A stretch of 62,000 nt of DNA from Vicugna vicugna (taxonomy: Eukaryota): NCBI GenBank assembly GCA_013265495.1, contig MU058337.1:1666777-1728776 (forward strand). Direction: 5' to 3'. Both the position numbers and the translations under genes were made by a program. This document shows positions 38,601 to 51,965 of this stretch, one piece after another; position 1 is the first letter of the stretch, and each line of letters begins with the position of its first letter. The notes under the pieces are model-generated. The model made no database searches. It was given only the letters and a program-made list of their open reading frames with translations, and was not told the origin of the DNA.

Positions 38601-40611
38601 TTTCTTCCCTGAAATTCTATGTGCTGACGGAAGATGTGCCACTCACACGTAGGGACAGTCCTGAACGGAGCCCCCTTCCCTATGGTCTGGGTCCTACTTT
38701 GTGTTTGTAATCTGGACCCTAGGGTGGTGCCGGAAGTTGCGGTAACTTTTTATTACAATATCCAAGCAGGTTCTTTAAACTTGGGATTTACAAGAAAAAC
38801 AAAAGGATTAATTGAGAAGAACTGAATTAATGTTCTGGGATGAGCTGCACAGAACTGCAGAGAGTTTTTAAGAGCTAAATCATGTACAAATACTTGAAGA
38901 AAATGATACGTAATTTAGGGCATAATTACCTGGCAAATCGTGTGTTTAAAAAAAAACCTCTCTTCTCTTGAGGTTATCAGTGCAGTGCAGACAGACTGGG
39001 TTGGCTTCGGATTGTTTCCAGCAGTTGCTTCCTGTCTTGGGTCCTCTTGGTTCTATCTTCAGTTTGCTGTGTCCACTTTTGAGGTGTCTCAGTACACAAC
39101 CAGAGCAGCCTGTGTCTTAGGTGAGGTGTCAGGTCCCCTGTGTTCCATTTCAGCATCCAGCCTCTACCAGGAAGGGTCATTTAGAAACTGATGCTCTGAC
39201 ACTGAGGTTACTTACAAGCTCACAGACCTTGACGCCAACCAGCCACATGATCCCACTGTCTGAGGCTGCCTTAGTGTATTTGCAGAACCAGAGGGCCATC
39301 ACTCACAGGGAACCTGCCGAAAATCCACTGACAGTTCAACTTGATAAAATAGGTCTTCGGTTTACAGCCAGTAAGAGGGACAGGGGAAGGTCATGTATCA
39401 ATGGTACTTTGGACCAAAAGGGATTTCTGAAATTGGATGCTGCCATCTGATGATTGATTGCTGGGTGTCAAGGGGACATAGTTTCAAGATGATTGAAGCT
39501 TTCAGAATTTGGTCCAATAATATCCCTGATCCATGCTTCTCTTTTTTCTGGCTTCATGCTGGTTTGCAAACACTATTTTTCTGCCTTGTTTGCAAAGATT
39601 AAAGTCCAGTCTTAAGATTCAGAAGCACTTTGCCACAGCTATAAAACCTAATAAACTTAATTTCCATTGCTCTGTTATTCTATTCTTATTCCGTGTTGCA
39701 CAAAACCATGTAGACAAGTGGAGAGATGGGAATCTCGTACTTCCTTTGAATGCAAAAGCTTTCCAAGAGTGACTGAGAATGTTCTCTGCAGGATGCCTTG
39801 GAGGCGGTGTGCTCAGAGGCCACCAACCAATCTCATCTTCAAGCCTCCTGAAGTGTCTTGCAATATAACATTAGGTCTCGGGGGCTTTGCTGTCTAATTG
39901 TGCCATATCTGCTAAGGACTGGTAATTCTTGTTGGTTTATGGCTGCGTCAACATGAAAACGCCGCCCGAACCATAGCTGGGAGAGTTCTGTAACCGTGAT
40001 TGATGGTCACGTAAATAGAATTGTAGTTCTGTTGCTTGTTACTCCTGCACCTCCTTCTCCCGTCTTAATTGATCACAGCAAAAGCTTATCCTGCCGCTCA
40101 CGTGAGGACGAGCCTCGGGCGTCTTGCCTGTCACTGCCCCTGGCTTGTAACTGAGGTATTCCTGAATATCCATAGTGTATTTGGCACCGGTGTGTTTCAA
40201 CTCAGATGCTGTGCTTCGCTTGGATACGCAGTGATGGTAATGTTTTAACATCATGTAGTGAGCTCATCTCTTTTGCCGCAGCGAGCATAAGACCTGAGTC
40301 TGCATCACCCGAGAATCCTCTGCTTAGATGGAGGAGGGGACCTGTTACCAAAGGGATGCAGAGGAAAAGACAAAGGAGATACTCAGCTCTTCATGTTCAA
40401 AACTGAAGTGTTGCGGAAAACAACAGCCTTGTAAGTCAGGCTGTTATTCTGAGGATGGAATTCCAAATTCACTTGTTTCCACATTGGCCGTATGAACAAC
40501 TGGGCTTGGAGACCATGATTGCTGGTCTCTTGCTGTTTAGACAAACCAGGAAGGCTTTTCTGGAGACAGGAGGAAGACATGATGCAAAGAAGGGGAAGAA
40601 AAGCCTCTTTC

Positions 40612-40806
40612 ATATAAAGATGATAAACAGCAAGTTCCTACTGTGGAGCACAGGGAACTTTGCGCAGCACCTGTAACAGCCCATATGTATGTGTGTAAAG
40701 CTATGTGTCAGTGGATCATTACACTGTGCGCCAGAAATTAACTCTGTAAACTGACTACACTTCAATTTAAAAAAAGGAAGAAAAAAATTAAATTAAAAAA
40801 AAGAAA
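40612..40806 (+). mobile_element. Short L1 3' end with A-tail
   Basis: gataaacagcaagttcctactgtggagcacagggaact...tgtaaactgactacacttcaatttaaaaaaa. Approximate TSD gaaaagcctctttc / gaaaaacctcttcc. Confidence 0.85.
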
Positions 40807-42499
40807 AAGAAAAACCTCTTCCCGCTTGTATCAAGAAAGGCAGGCGAGGGTGGAGGCAAGTTGAGGGAACGGATCTGGCCTCTGGTTCCCCCGTCCTGGC
40901 TTTGGCTTGGGGGGCGGTGATGCCTTGTAAAACAACGAAACCCTGTCAACACTAGGCCCCGCCCCCGCCCTAGTTTTGCATTTCTTTTTATGCTTCTAAT
41001 TAATAGTGTCTCCTATAGGTGCCTCATAATGCTTTGTGATAATGAACTGATGATCAAGCATTGTGTTCAAACAGAAAGCTAATTAGGACCATTTTACAAT
41101 GTATTAACCATGATCCAGTTGTGATATTTTTAGGGAATTTTTCAGAATAGATGAAACAAGCACCCCAAAAGATGAATTGGCACCCCAACTTTGACCTTAT
41201 TTTTCCTGTAACCAGCTGCTCTCACCAAAAGAGATGTTACGTGAAAAATGGAGAGCAGCATTAATTTTGCAAGCGTTTGTTACAAACCAGCAGGACCACA
41301 GTGGGAGCCGGGGTTAAGCCCAGGCAGGTGAGGAGGCCTCCCTGGGGCTCGGTTCCAAGGGGGTCAGGGGAGCTGACGGGGATGCTGAGGCCCCGGCAGT
41401 CGTGGGAGGGAGGCCTCCCATCTCCAGGGCGGGAAGGCAGGCTGAGGGGACGGCCCGAGCGGGTGAGGCCGTGTGGAGGGGCTCTGAGACCGCTGGTGCT
41501 GAGATGCAGACGCTGCCAGGGACCCACAGTCTTGAACCTGACCCGGGGCCTGCGACCCTGGGAAACAGCAAAGATTAAGAGATCTTCCACCCTTTGTGTT
41601 CTGGGAACGGCTTCCTGCAGGAACCTCCCTTCCCGATGGGACCAGATAAGACTCAGCTGCCCCTTTGTCTGCCCAGGGCAAGGCCAGACCAGACCCTCCA
41701 GCTCCCATTCTTTGCTCATAAATGATTAGCTGAACTGCTTGTCCCCAGGGTTCAATGGGAACCGAATGCACGTTAATCAAACTTTGGTGAAACTCGGGTC
41801 CTGCCCCGGGCACCTGAACTTCGCCCACCCTCAGCCTGAGCCAGCGGATGGTCCCTCCGGAGAACAAGCTGGCCCCAGTAGAAAGAACATTCTCTGATTT
41901 TCTATCTGATCGTGCCCCTCTCCCCGCCCACCCTCCACACACCTGGGTCTTCCCAGCCTTGTTTACTCCTGCCTAGGAAAAAAAGAAACCATTTTTTGCC
42001 TGTCACTGCAGATGTTTGCAGACCTTAGCATGAAATTCTCTGCACGGCAACAGTCCCTTTATCCAGCAGTAATCCTTTTGAATAAAATTGCTCCTGATTA
42101 AACCCAGAGGTTTTTTTTGTTTTTAATTTCAGATTTTTTTTTTAAATTTTGGTGAAGCATAGCATCAAAACAGGAAGGAAGTGGGGAAGAAGTAGCCTGA
42201 CCTCTCTCTTCTTGCTCTTCAGTTTCCCGCCAGTTCCTCAGCCTTTCTGGAAGGGCTGGACAGGAAGCACAGAGCGGGGCAGGGAGTGGGGGTGGCGCTG
42301 ACTTAGGTCTCTGTCCCAGTGGTCCTGGCATACTGCCTTAGTCCGGGCCCGTTTCCACCCTCCTGTGTGGCTCTGCTAGTCAGTGCTTCCTATTTCCACA
42401 CTCCAAGTTTGTCCAGACATGTCTTTCTCAATTTTAATATCCAGAAACCACTGTTGTTAAGAGTGTGATGTATATTATTTCTGATCTGTGTCTGTGTAT

Positions 42500-42967
42500 C
42501 GTCGACGAAAAATTAATCAGTCTTTCTAAGAAGGAAAAGGAAAAATTTATTCGAGCCAAACTTGAGGATTATAACCCAGGAAGAGCATCTCGGGAAGCTC
42601 TGAGAACTGTTCTGCTGGGTAGAAATCAAGGCTTGGTTGTGTAAGTTTTTTGAGGCAGAGGGCAGTACATCCAATGATGTATTTATTGGTGGCAGTTTAC
42701 ATAATCCAGATCTAAGCGTCATCCTGGTGGGTCATGAGACCCTTACAAGCTCGAGCAGGACTGGTATCTTTTAAGGAGCTGTCTTGCGGGTGCTGAGAGC
42801 ACGTTGCTCTCTATGGTTGAGCAGGTTCCCGCCGAGTGGGGAGGTTTGGTCCATGCGTGATGCAGATGCATGGTGTGCAGTTTGGGGGAGGAGGTCAAAA
42901 GGCAGAGAAGAGTTTTTTATGTTAAATTTTTTCTTGTCTTGCCATAAAATATGAATTTTATTTCACA
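42500..42967 (-). mobile_element. ERV1-type solo LTR (468 bp)
   Basis: Ends cg(from tg)...ca; 4-bp TSD GTAT (42496-42499 and 42968-42971); AATAAA on the minus strand near 42546. Confidence 0.85.
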
Positions 42968-43176
42968 GTATGTTGCATATACTCATACATCCAACCTGCC
43001 TTAACAAAAATGGTTCTATGGAGGATATCTAGTTTGGCAACTACCTTTTTTATATTTGGCACTGTATCTTGGATGTCATATTGCGTCAGCATATTTAATT
43101 ATCCTTTATTGATAAAAATTCAAATAGTTCCTATTTTTTCTCACTCTTAGAAACCATGTTACAAAGAGTGTCCTTT

Positions 43177-43217
43177 TGTGTGCGTGTGTGCGTGCGTGTG
43201 TGTGTGTGTGTGTGTGT
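43177..43217. repeat. (TG/CG)n microsatellite
   Basis: Read directly from the sequence. Confidence 0.9.
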
Positions 43218-44901
43218 ATTTTGCAAGTTTTTCACCTGGGTCAATTCTTAGAAGTGAAGTTGTTCGAGAATGTGAACGTTAAGCATTTAATAGATATTGC
43301 AATTTTTCCTTCCAAAAAATTAGCACATTTTTATACTCCCACTAGCAGGATGGAACAGAACTTGTTTCCTCATATTCTTGCCAACCCCGGGAATTATTCA
43401 TCTTTTAACCACTGCCAATTTGATAGTTGAAAAATGATATCATATTGTTATTTGAATTTAATTATTTGTGAGTTTGATTAATGGCCACATCTGTTTGGTC
43501 CTCTGTGAAATCTCTCTATGTCCCTTCCCCCTAACCCACTTAAAGATCAGGCATTTTTTCTCTATTGACTTATGAGGAGGGTTCATCATATCAAGAAAAT
43601 TAGCTGTTGCCAGATGTGTTGTTAATATTTTTCTCAGTTTCTCTCTTCACTTTTTAAAGTGTACTTATCTTTTGACACAGAATTAATTTCCATTTTTAGA
43701 TCTAAGTTTATATAATTACATAAGGTACATCTATTAATGTACAGGCTTTGCATGGGGCTTAGAAAACTTTACTTCATCAAAATTACAAAAATATTCAGAA
43801 GTTTTTCTTTCACTATCTTAATGTTTTACCTTTAAGTGGTTATTCTGTCTGGATTTTATTTTAGTGGGAGAAAATGAGGTAATAATGCAGATTTATTCAT
43901 TTATTTTTCAAACGGCTAGTGAGCTCTGCCAACACTGTAAATAATAAATGCATTTCCTCCAATTCACTGGCAACGCCATCTTTATCATGTCCTGTATCCA
44001 CAGTTGTAGAAGCTTCTAGTCTGGACTCTCTATTTTCCCCATCCCAGTTGCTCTGTGTCACCGCCGTACCATTTTAATTATTATTTAGAATTCTGCTACT
44101 CTGTTCCTCAGAAATTTTCTGATTATGTGAGAACATATCCTTCTAAATATACTTTGGAAGAATTTTATTAAATTCAAAAAATATTACTTTAGAAAGTCGA
44201 TTATAATCATGCTTCACCCCAATATTAATTAATGGAGAATCTGTGTTTTTGCAATATTGAATACTCCTATTCATAAATTATCACTTTCGTACATTACTTG
44301 GGAGAATTGTATCGTGTGCTTCAGTCAGTCAGTTCCTTTGACTTCCATATTGCATTTGCCTGGGACTCCTTTTACAGAATGTTCAGACATAGCACCAGAA
44401 TTGAATTTTTTTTTTAATTAAAAAAATTTTACTGTTTATTTTATGAAGGAAATATTACAAGTTGATTTTAATTGTATTTAATATTGTGCCTCCTATAAAT
44501 GATAAAAACAAGGCTAATTATCAGCATATCACTGCAGTTTTCACTATAGAAATATGTGATTGAGGTGTTATAATTTTTATTATTTTTTCCTTTTATGTAT
44601 TTACTTATTTTTGTAAACAAAGTTTATTCGAGGAAGACCAACTCATTGAGAGATAAAACCTTTTTAAAATTAAATATATGTAAATATGTAAAACTGTTCA
44701 TTGTTTCTAAGAGCAATTTAGAGCTTTAGCTTTTTAAACTTACAGTTATCAGAGGAATAAAGCCAACCATAAAATAAGAATCAACAGAATGTGGTAATCC
44801 AATCGTAAAGGACACTCAAATGTGCTTACACATATTCAAGAAATCAATCATCTGAGTTATAAATAATAAGTGATTTGACTTGAAGATTTTGCTTCTGCCA
44901 G

Positions 44902-45007
44902 TTTGTAATACTCCGCTTGTATGGGGCCATTCCAGGATGATGAGGAAATGTTGACAGTCCTCACGCAAGGGTCCACCCTGTGCTTTGACATGTGTTTTGA
45001 GTTGCAT
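44902..45007 (+). pseudogene. Fossil exon, DH-domain PxQ region
   Basis: Acceptor gcttctgccag and donor CAT|gtgagt. Removing one G from the GGGG run gives 35 open codons, FVILRLYGPFQDDEEMLTVLTQGSTLCFDMCFELH (phase 0-0). Confidence 0.5.
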
Positions 45008-45738
45008 GTGAGTGGTCCCTACGTCCACTGCATGCCGAAGCAAGCAGGACTTCTGGCCCAGGCACAGCCAAACTGGTAACCCTGTACATCAGGAAACAGG
45101 AGTTTCAATCTACCTTTTCTACCCACCCATAAAGGGAGGGTCTGGGACAGTGATCTTTGAGGGAGAAGTGGTTCACTCCGCAGCTAATGCGTCACATCAA
45201 TCTGACAGATGTTCTGGGTCTTCCTAACACAGACCTGAAGTTGGAAATACAGAACAGTGGAGAGAGGGGAGTCTTTTCCCAGCGACTTAAGACTTAGTTG
45301 TCCTGGAAATGTGGATTTGTAATTCTATTTACGTGTTGTGAATTACAAGGATATCAGACACGTGGACGTGAAAATGGAAGTGAGAATTCTCATTCCAAAT
45401 TCAGTTACATTTTGGAAGATCCACTTGTCTTTAAATATTTCCACAACTTCTCTCCACTTCCAGCTCCCTTCATTCCCAATCCCTTACCTATAATTCTATT
45501 TCCTACACAGATTAAAATATGTGCTCTTTCTTAGGGGAAAAAAAAGTTGGCTCACAGAAAGGGTGAGTGTATAATTTTTCTTATCAAGCTGCTTCTAAAT
45601 TTCAGCTGGATCCCTCTTGTGTATCTGTGCCAACCGCTTCCCAGTGCATCGACATTGCAAAATCCAGGGCTGTCAGGAAAGGAAACTCATTTGAAAATTC
45701 ATTATGAATTAGACATATTCTGTTCTGTCTTCCTTTAG

Positions 45739-45795
45739 TGTATGATGATATAACAGTTCATCTGCTTTTGCTCGGTTATTAAATTCCAAGCCAAA
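45739..45795 (+). pseudogene. Fossil exon (weak)
   Basis: Acceptor tctgtcttcctttag and donor AAA|gtatct. 57 nt, phase 0-0, CMMI*QFICFCSVIKFQAK. Confidence 0.3.
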
Positions 45796-46509
45796 GTATC
45801 TTGTGATGGGGGGGGGGAAGCTCATACAAAATATGATAGATCACTTGAAGGGGTTTCCATACTTGCCCAAACCACAATTTTCACTTCATGCCAATATCTT
45901 TCTTTGCCAAAATACACTCTGATTATGGCAGTCAATTTGGATAACTTACATTAGAATTTTTGGAGGAGAGGAGATTCATAAAAAAGTACAATTTACAAAT
46001 TAAGAATGACTTAGAATCCACAATATTAAAAAAAGTCAGGAAGCCCACAAATGCCATTTTTCATATCACTTGGATGTAACTGGTTCGGGAAAGGTGCATT
46101 AGTTGGACTAGTTCTTAAACACTTACCATCAAGCATGTAAATGATACTTGCTGTTTATAAAAAAAAACATTTTTTTGATGGTGCATATAGGGGTTTATTA
46201 ACATTAAACATCGCTCAGCTTTTTATCTGGACTCAAGAATCTCTTCGGGATTGTTGTGTCCTCACTTTGAAGGGAGTGCTGGTTTGATGGGAAACAGGGC
46301 CCCGTTAATGTGGAGTAAAGAAAAGCATTTGGGGAGCAGCTGTGAGTTATGCTTGAGGAAGAACGGGGACAAGACGGAGTAAATGGTTCACGAGGAAGTG
46401 ACATCGGAGATTGAGTTTAAAGCCAGAGGAACCTTCGCCATTCTTTAAACGGGAGAATCGGTGCAAAGCCCCGTCAGTGAGAAAAAACCGTACAAAGGCA
46501 GAGGTGCTT

Positions 46510-47130
46510 TATTTGTTTGTTCTTTTTAAATGGTTTCATTATAGATAATTCTAAAAAAGAAGCAAATAGGACACGAAGTCCTACTATGTCCATCTTCCAA
46601 CGTCAACAATCATCACCTCTTGAACAATCTGGTTTGTTCCAATATGCCCCATCCACTCCCACCTCCTACCGTACTACTTAGAATCCAATCCCAAGTATTA
46701 GAGCACTTCACCATTAAATATTCAAAACGTTTATTCTGAAAAATAAGGACTTGGAAAAACAGACGCAAAAACAAAATACCGCTGCTCAGCTAAAGCAAAC
46801 AAAAAAATCTAATGTCATCAAATACCTAAGATTTCCATCTCTGTTTTTCTTCAACATACTAATTTTTAGGTTTCCAAAATTTAAATCAGCATCCAAATAA
46901 AGTCTGTCCATTGGGGTTAGTTGATATGTCTTCCAGTCTCTTAAAAAAAAAAAAAAACCACCCGAGGAATAATTTATATACAGTGAAATGCACAGATCTT
47001 AAATGGCTGATTTGATGAGTTTTTACACATATATTTCACCTTCTTAACCAAATACCCAGTCAAGATACAGAACATTCCCTTCCCCCCAGAAATTTCTCTC
47101 TCCCTTCCCTTCAATGGGCAGCCATTGAAA
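46510..47130 (-). mobile_element. L1MC5-like and L1ME-like 3' fragments
   Basis: atccaaataaagtctgtccattgggg...tacagtgaaatgcacagatcttaa...cagtcaagatacagaacatt. Confidence 0.65.
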
Positions 47131-47229
47131 TGGGACAAGGAAAGGTTTTTCCTCCCTCCCCCACAAAATATATTATTCATAAATATATTAAATATATTTT
47201 AAAAGGACCTCAGGTCCTAGTTCACACAG

Positions 47230-48930
47230 ACTTTCTAGGCTTAGTGTTTGCATGGTGTATTTTCCCTTCATTTTACATTTAATGAATGTCTTTATATTAA
47301 AGGATGTCTCTTGCAAACACCAAAGAGTTGATTCCTGCTCACCTCTTCCCCTCTCTTCAGTGAGAATTTCTGACTCAGTGGGACTGCTCAGTTCATTTAC
47401 ATTTTATGTAATTATTGGTAGAGCTGGGCTTATTTCTATGTTGTGATTTATTTTCTAATTTTCCCTTCTGTTTTTGGCTTCTATTTTTTTTCTTCTTGCC
47501 TTTTCATGGGTTGATTGACTATGGAATGTTTTTATTACTTTATTGGGTTTTTTTGTTGTTGTTCCTGAACTTCGAACTTTATTGTTTTGTAAGCTGTTTC
47601 TTTACATTATTTTTCAGAGGTTGCTTTGGGAATAATGATATTCACCTTTAACTTAGAGTTTATAATGTAACATTTTGCAAAAATAGTCAAATCCTTACAA
47701 CTGCAGAATTTCATTTATCCCTTAGTCCTTCATTCTTTTATTGCCATGTGTCTTGCTTTCAAATACGTTAAAAGAAATTCATGATACCACGTTAATACTT
47801 TGGCTTTTCGCACACGGCTGTCTTTAGAAACAGCTGAGAGGAAAAGGTGGCCTTTTGCATCCACCTCAGTGTTGAGCATTTTGGGTGCTCTTCATTCTTC
47901 TGTGTGGATCCAAATCTCCCTCCACCTGAACTCCCTTCAGCAGCTCTGGTTTGCTGGTGGTCTTTTTTTTTTCTCAGATGATGTTGATCTGAAACTGTTT
48001 ATTTATCCTCATTTTAAAGGATGTTTTTACGGCACATTCTGAGCTTATAATGGAAGATGTTGTTCCATTATTACTAGTTTCTTCTTTCTTTAATGCCATT
48101 GCTCTTGTAGAGTTGTATGTCTTTTTTTCTGAGTGCTCTCAACATTTTATCTTTGGTGGCCTTCAGTGGCTGGCTGCTGTATGGTTAGGTGTGTACTCTG
48201 AGCTGAGCTGTGTCCTCCCGAAGTTCCTGTTTTGATGCCCTCACCCCCAGGACCTCAGACTGTGACTGTATTTGGAGATAGAGCATTTTAAGAGGTGATT
48301 AAGTTAAAATGAGCCCCTTCGTGTGGGCTGTAATGCAATCTGACTGGTGTCCCCGTTAGAGGAGGAAACTGGGGCAGAAGAGGGACCCTAGATGCGCGCA
48401 TGTGTGGGGGAAGGCCATGTGAGGACACAGCGAGGAGACGGCCACCTGCAAATGGAGGAGAGAGCCTCGGGAGAAATTGCACCTTCCATCCCTTAATCAT
48501 GAACATCTCGTCTCCAGAACAGTGAGAAAATACATTCTGTTGATTAGGGCACCCAGTAGTGGTATCTTGTTATGCGGCCCAGCAGACTAATACAGTGTAG
48601 TTTTCGTTATGTTTATTATGCTTGAAGTTCACCGAGATTCTTGCATCTATAAATTGATGTTTTCCACTAAATTTGGGGGAATTTTGCCATTAATTCTTCA
48701 GATAATTTTCCCTCCCCATTCTCTTTCCCCTGCCTGTTTGGGACCCAGCTATGCATATCCTAGACTACTTGGTAACATGGCATGTGTCACTGAGGCTCTG
48801 TTCATTTTTTTTTAAGCCTATTTTCTCTCTTTTCCCAATTTGGTAATTTTTATTCATCTACAAGTTCACAGCCTTTTTCCATGTCATCTCCAATCTGTTG
48901 CTAAAGCCATCTTGTGAGCCTAGGTTAGTA
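47230..48930 (-). mobile_element. Old L1 ORF1-region fragment interrupted by MLT1B
   Basis: gttcatttacattttatgtaattattg...gcttgaagttcaccgagattcttgcatct...tttccactaaatttggggga. Confidence 0.65.
48194..48594 (+). mobile_element. MLT1B-like solo LTR
   Basis: tgtgactgtatttggagatag...ggccatgtgaggacacag...gcagactaataca. 5-bp TSD gtgtg / gtgta. Confidence 0.88.
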
Positions 48931-49019
48931 TTCTGTACTCCTCTGTTTCACCAGAACATTGCATTAACTCTTTCTGTGTCGTAAAAAATCCTCCCCTTTT
49001 ATATATTACCTTTTTATAG

Positions 49020-49906
49020 GGAGCTCCACCAGCCTCAACAAAATTCCAGTGAAGACAGATTCAGGTTTGGATTCGTCGTTTGCCTCTGTCACATAGCATA
49101 GTGGACAATATGTAGTTTTTAATTATAGACAAGAAATATATAATTGTAACAGATCAAATCAACAATATCCTAACAATAACAATGGGAAAATATCCAACTA
49201 TCCCAGAGACGCTGATTCACCGTCTAGATAAGTAACAACAACAATAAAAGTTGTTGCAGAAATGAATAGTCACCATTTCTGAATTCTGGTTATTTAATTA
49301 ACACACCTATAATGCTATTAAAATATTATTTAGCACCATTAAGCATGTCATTTGACCTTTAAAGCACATGGAGGTTGAAAGGCTGTTCAGAGTACAGCAA
49401 AATCGTGCCAAGAAGAAATGCTTATAAAACTTTTAAAAGAGTCAGGCACACAAATGTGCTTTGGTTAGGCTTATATGCAATGTCAGTGCGCTGGAGATTA
49501 AAGGTGAGTAATTTAATGACTCACCCCAATCCACACTAAACATAATATTTTTTTCAGATTTATTTTGCCTTCCCATTCTCTCTCCCTTCTCATACTTCTG
49601 TGTAGACCAAATATCAGACTAAAGGAGTATGTTCACTTACTTTTCTTCTAGATGTTTTGCCAACAAATGTGAACATCTCCCCAGTAAGCTCAAATACTAA
49701 CACGAGATACTTCTTTTCACTCTTGTGGTCACGTTCAGCAATGGTATCAAACGGTAGGTAAGCTTCCAAGCATCCGGCAGTTTGATCGTATTTTTCAGAG
49801 ATTTGAAGTCTCAGAAATTGGTGTTATGTTAGAGAGACTTACTCTCTGCATACCAGATGGGGCCCGGAACAGGAGAGGAATATTAGTTTGTCCTCTGTCT
49901 ACACAA
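49020..49906 (+). pseudogene. Cluster of fossil exons (49020-49064, 49365-49503, 49558-49753, 49799-49906): possible PH region and start of SH2
   Basis: Acceptors ttttatag, ctttaaag, tttttcag (twice); donors CAG|gtttgg, AAG|gtgagt, ACG|gtaggt, CAA|gtaagt. QQWYQT joins in phase 0 to RFEVSEIGVMLERLTLCIPDGARNRRG. Two implied introns are abnormally short (54 and 45 nt). Confidence 0.4.
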
Positions 49907-50494
49907 GTAAGTATTCAGCTGGATTTATTAATTCTCTTTTTAAAATTCAACAGTCCTAGAAAGGGTTAATTCTATTAGTCATTCACATCTTATATAGCTA
50001 CTCTTTATAAGACTGCTTTTCTCCAAGATATCTTACTGAGTGCAACTGCCCTGAGCGCAAAGGCAATTGGTTTAGGGAGGGTCTTGCCAAGAATTAAGCA
50101 TTACTTGGAGGCTCTTGCAGGAGAGACAGGTCTCTGAGCTGCAATGTGCTGGCCTCTGTACAGCCAGATAGAAATATAAAAATCCTGAATATTTGGAGAA
50201 GCAAAGAACTTACATAATGTGGGTAGACAAAATTTTTGCCCAGGATCTTATGCTTTCTGAAAAATCATATTTTGAGCCACCTTTCTTTGAGACAGACCCA
50301 AATCTGAATAACTGAATGTGTGTTGGTGTTTCCATTGATGCGTTTAGTTGCTTGGAGTTTCCTGTTGTTTGGAGAGCACTCTGGAAAGAAAGCAAGTAAA
50401 CAAAATGTTTGATTCCTCCTCTGCAGGAACTTTTGTTATGCTGAAAAACGGAACTTGAGAGGTGTGCAGAGAGGTTGAACAAATTCGACAATTT

Positions 50495-51965
50495 TTAGTT
50501 TAGCTCCTTTTATGTGCAGGTGCTGTTTGAGACTCTGGGGGTATGCTGGCAAAGAAAACAGAAAAAAAATTCCTGCCTTTGTGTAACTCACATTCTGGTG
50601 GGTGAGGACAGACTGTAAATGTAATAAACGTGGGTTAGAAATCGTTATTTCTGAATATATGTTATTTCTATACAGTATATTAGAAATTATACAGTATGTT
50701 ACTTGTTAAGCGCTGACGAAGGAAGAGCAGAGAGAGGGTAACAAGATGACGTGGACGAGGCAGGTTGCGTTATTAAATAGGAGAAGTGGGGGCTCAGGGG
50801 AGTGTCATCTAAGCTAAGACTTGAAGGAGGTAGGGGACTGGTTATGCAGATTTGGGGGAAAATAATGGTTCCAGGCAAAAGGAAACAAGCAACAATAACA
50901 CAATGAGGTAGAAGCAAGACTGATCATTTTAGGAACAATGTGTTGGCTGATGGAGTGGAGTAGGGTGAGTTGGGGGAGAATTAAAGAGGTGTGGCAGACC
51001 AGGTAATAAGTAATGGGTAGAGCCTTGTAAGTCATGAAAGAAATTTGGAATCCACTCTGTTACTGAGTCCAAACTCGTTCTGCTAGCTGCACGACAGGCC
51101 AATAAATTGAGATGTGTAGTCTGGGGCAAGGAACAATCACTTTAATTGGAAAGCCAGCAGACCGAGAAGATGGGAGACTAATGTCCTGGAGAATCATCTG
51201 ACCCAAGTCAGAATTCAGGCTCCCTTTATACTAAAAAGGGGAGGTGGTGTGGTTGGTTGTTGCAAACTTCTTAGTGTTGGAATCCTTTGTTCTTGCAGTT
51301 GTCCCCGCAGGGCAGGTCATGATATGCTTGTAAACCTCCAACAAGACAAATATTATTCTCTGTTCTGCAACATTTTATCTCTATATGAATGGAAAAGTGT
51401 TACAGATTCAGAGCCTTGAGAATGGGCTGTCTTGTATATTTCAGGCTACAGGCAACATTCTTTTACAAAAGGTGCAGAACCAGCATGACTAAGTGCAGGA
51501 AACAGAGCCCAGGATTACAGCTAAAGGAACAGATCTAATATGGAGTCAGATTTTTTCTTTATTACAACTCTAAATGAAATGGGAGACCATGGGATGGTTT
51601 TAAGCAGAGGAGTTACATGGTCTGACAGTGTTTTAAGAGGATCTTTCTGGCTCCTGCATGGAGAACAGATTGTGAAGAGACTGGTTGGAAGCAGCGAGAT
51701 GTGTTGTTGGGGGGCTTTTGCAACAGGATCAGATTGGCAATAGTGGTACCCAAAGATGGCAGCAATGAAGGTTAAGAACTGTGGTCACATTGGATGTATT
51801 TGATGTATTGGATACAGTTCAAGGGTGAAGCCCTCAACAGAATTTCATTCTGGATTGGATATGAGACATGAGAGAAATTGTGTTGTCAAGGATAATTCCA
51901 AGGTAGCTGGAAAGATAAGGTTGCCATGAACTGGGAGGGAAAGCAAAGGGGAGAGGTTTGGAGGT
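50495..51965 (-). mobile_element. L2 fragment split by a solo LTR
   Basis: attcctgcctttgtgtaactcacattctggtggg...gggatggttttaagcagaggagttacatggtctgac...ggattggatatgagacatgagaga. Confidence 0.8.
51058..51566 (-). mobile_element. ERV1-type solo LTR (509 bp)
   Basis: tgtta...ttaca termini; 4-bp TSD ACTC (51054-51057 and 51567-51570); the L2 sequence is contiguous across the insertion. Confidence 0.88.

Larger units (their letters stand above)
42400..44280 (-). mobile_element. L1ME-like fragment interrupted by a solo LTR and a (TG)n tract
   Basis: tatactcccactagcagg...tttcctcatattcttgccaac...ctgccaatttgatagttgaaaaatgatatc. Confidence 0.7.

Noticed and set aside
41261..41942. ORFs of 150-192 aa on both strands
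   Set aside because: GC-rich patch giving R/P/G-rich frames on both strands; no family similarity.
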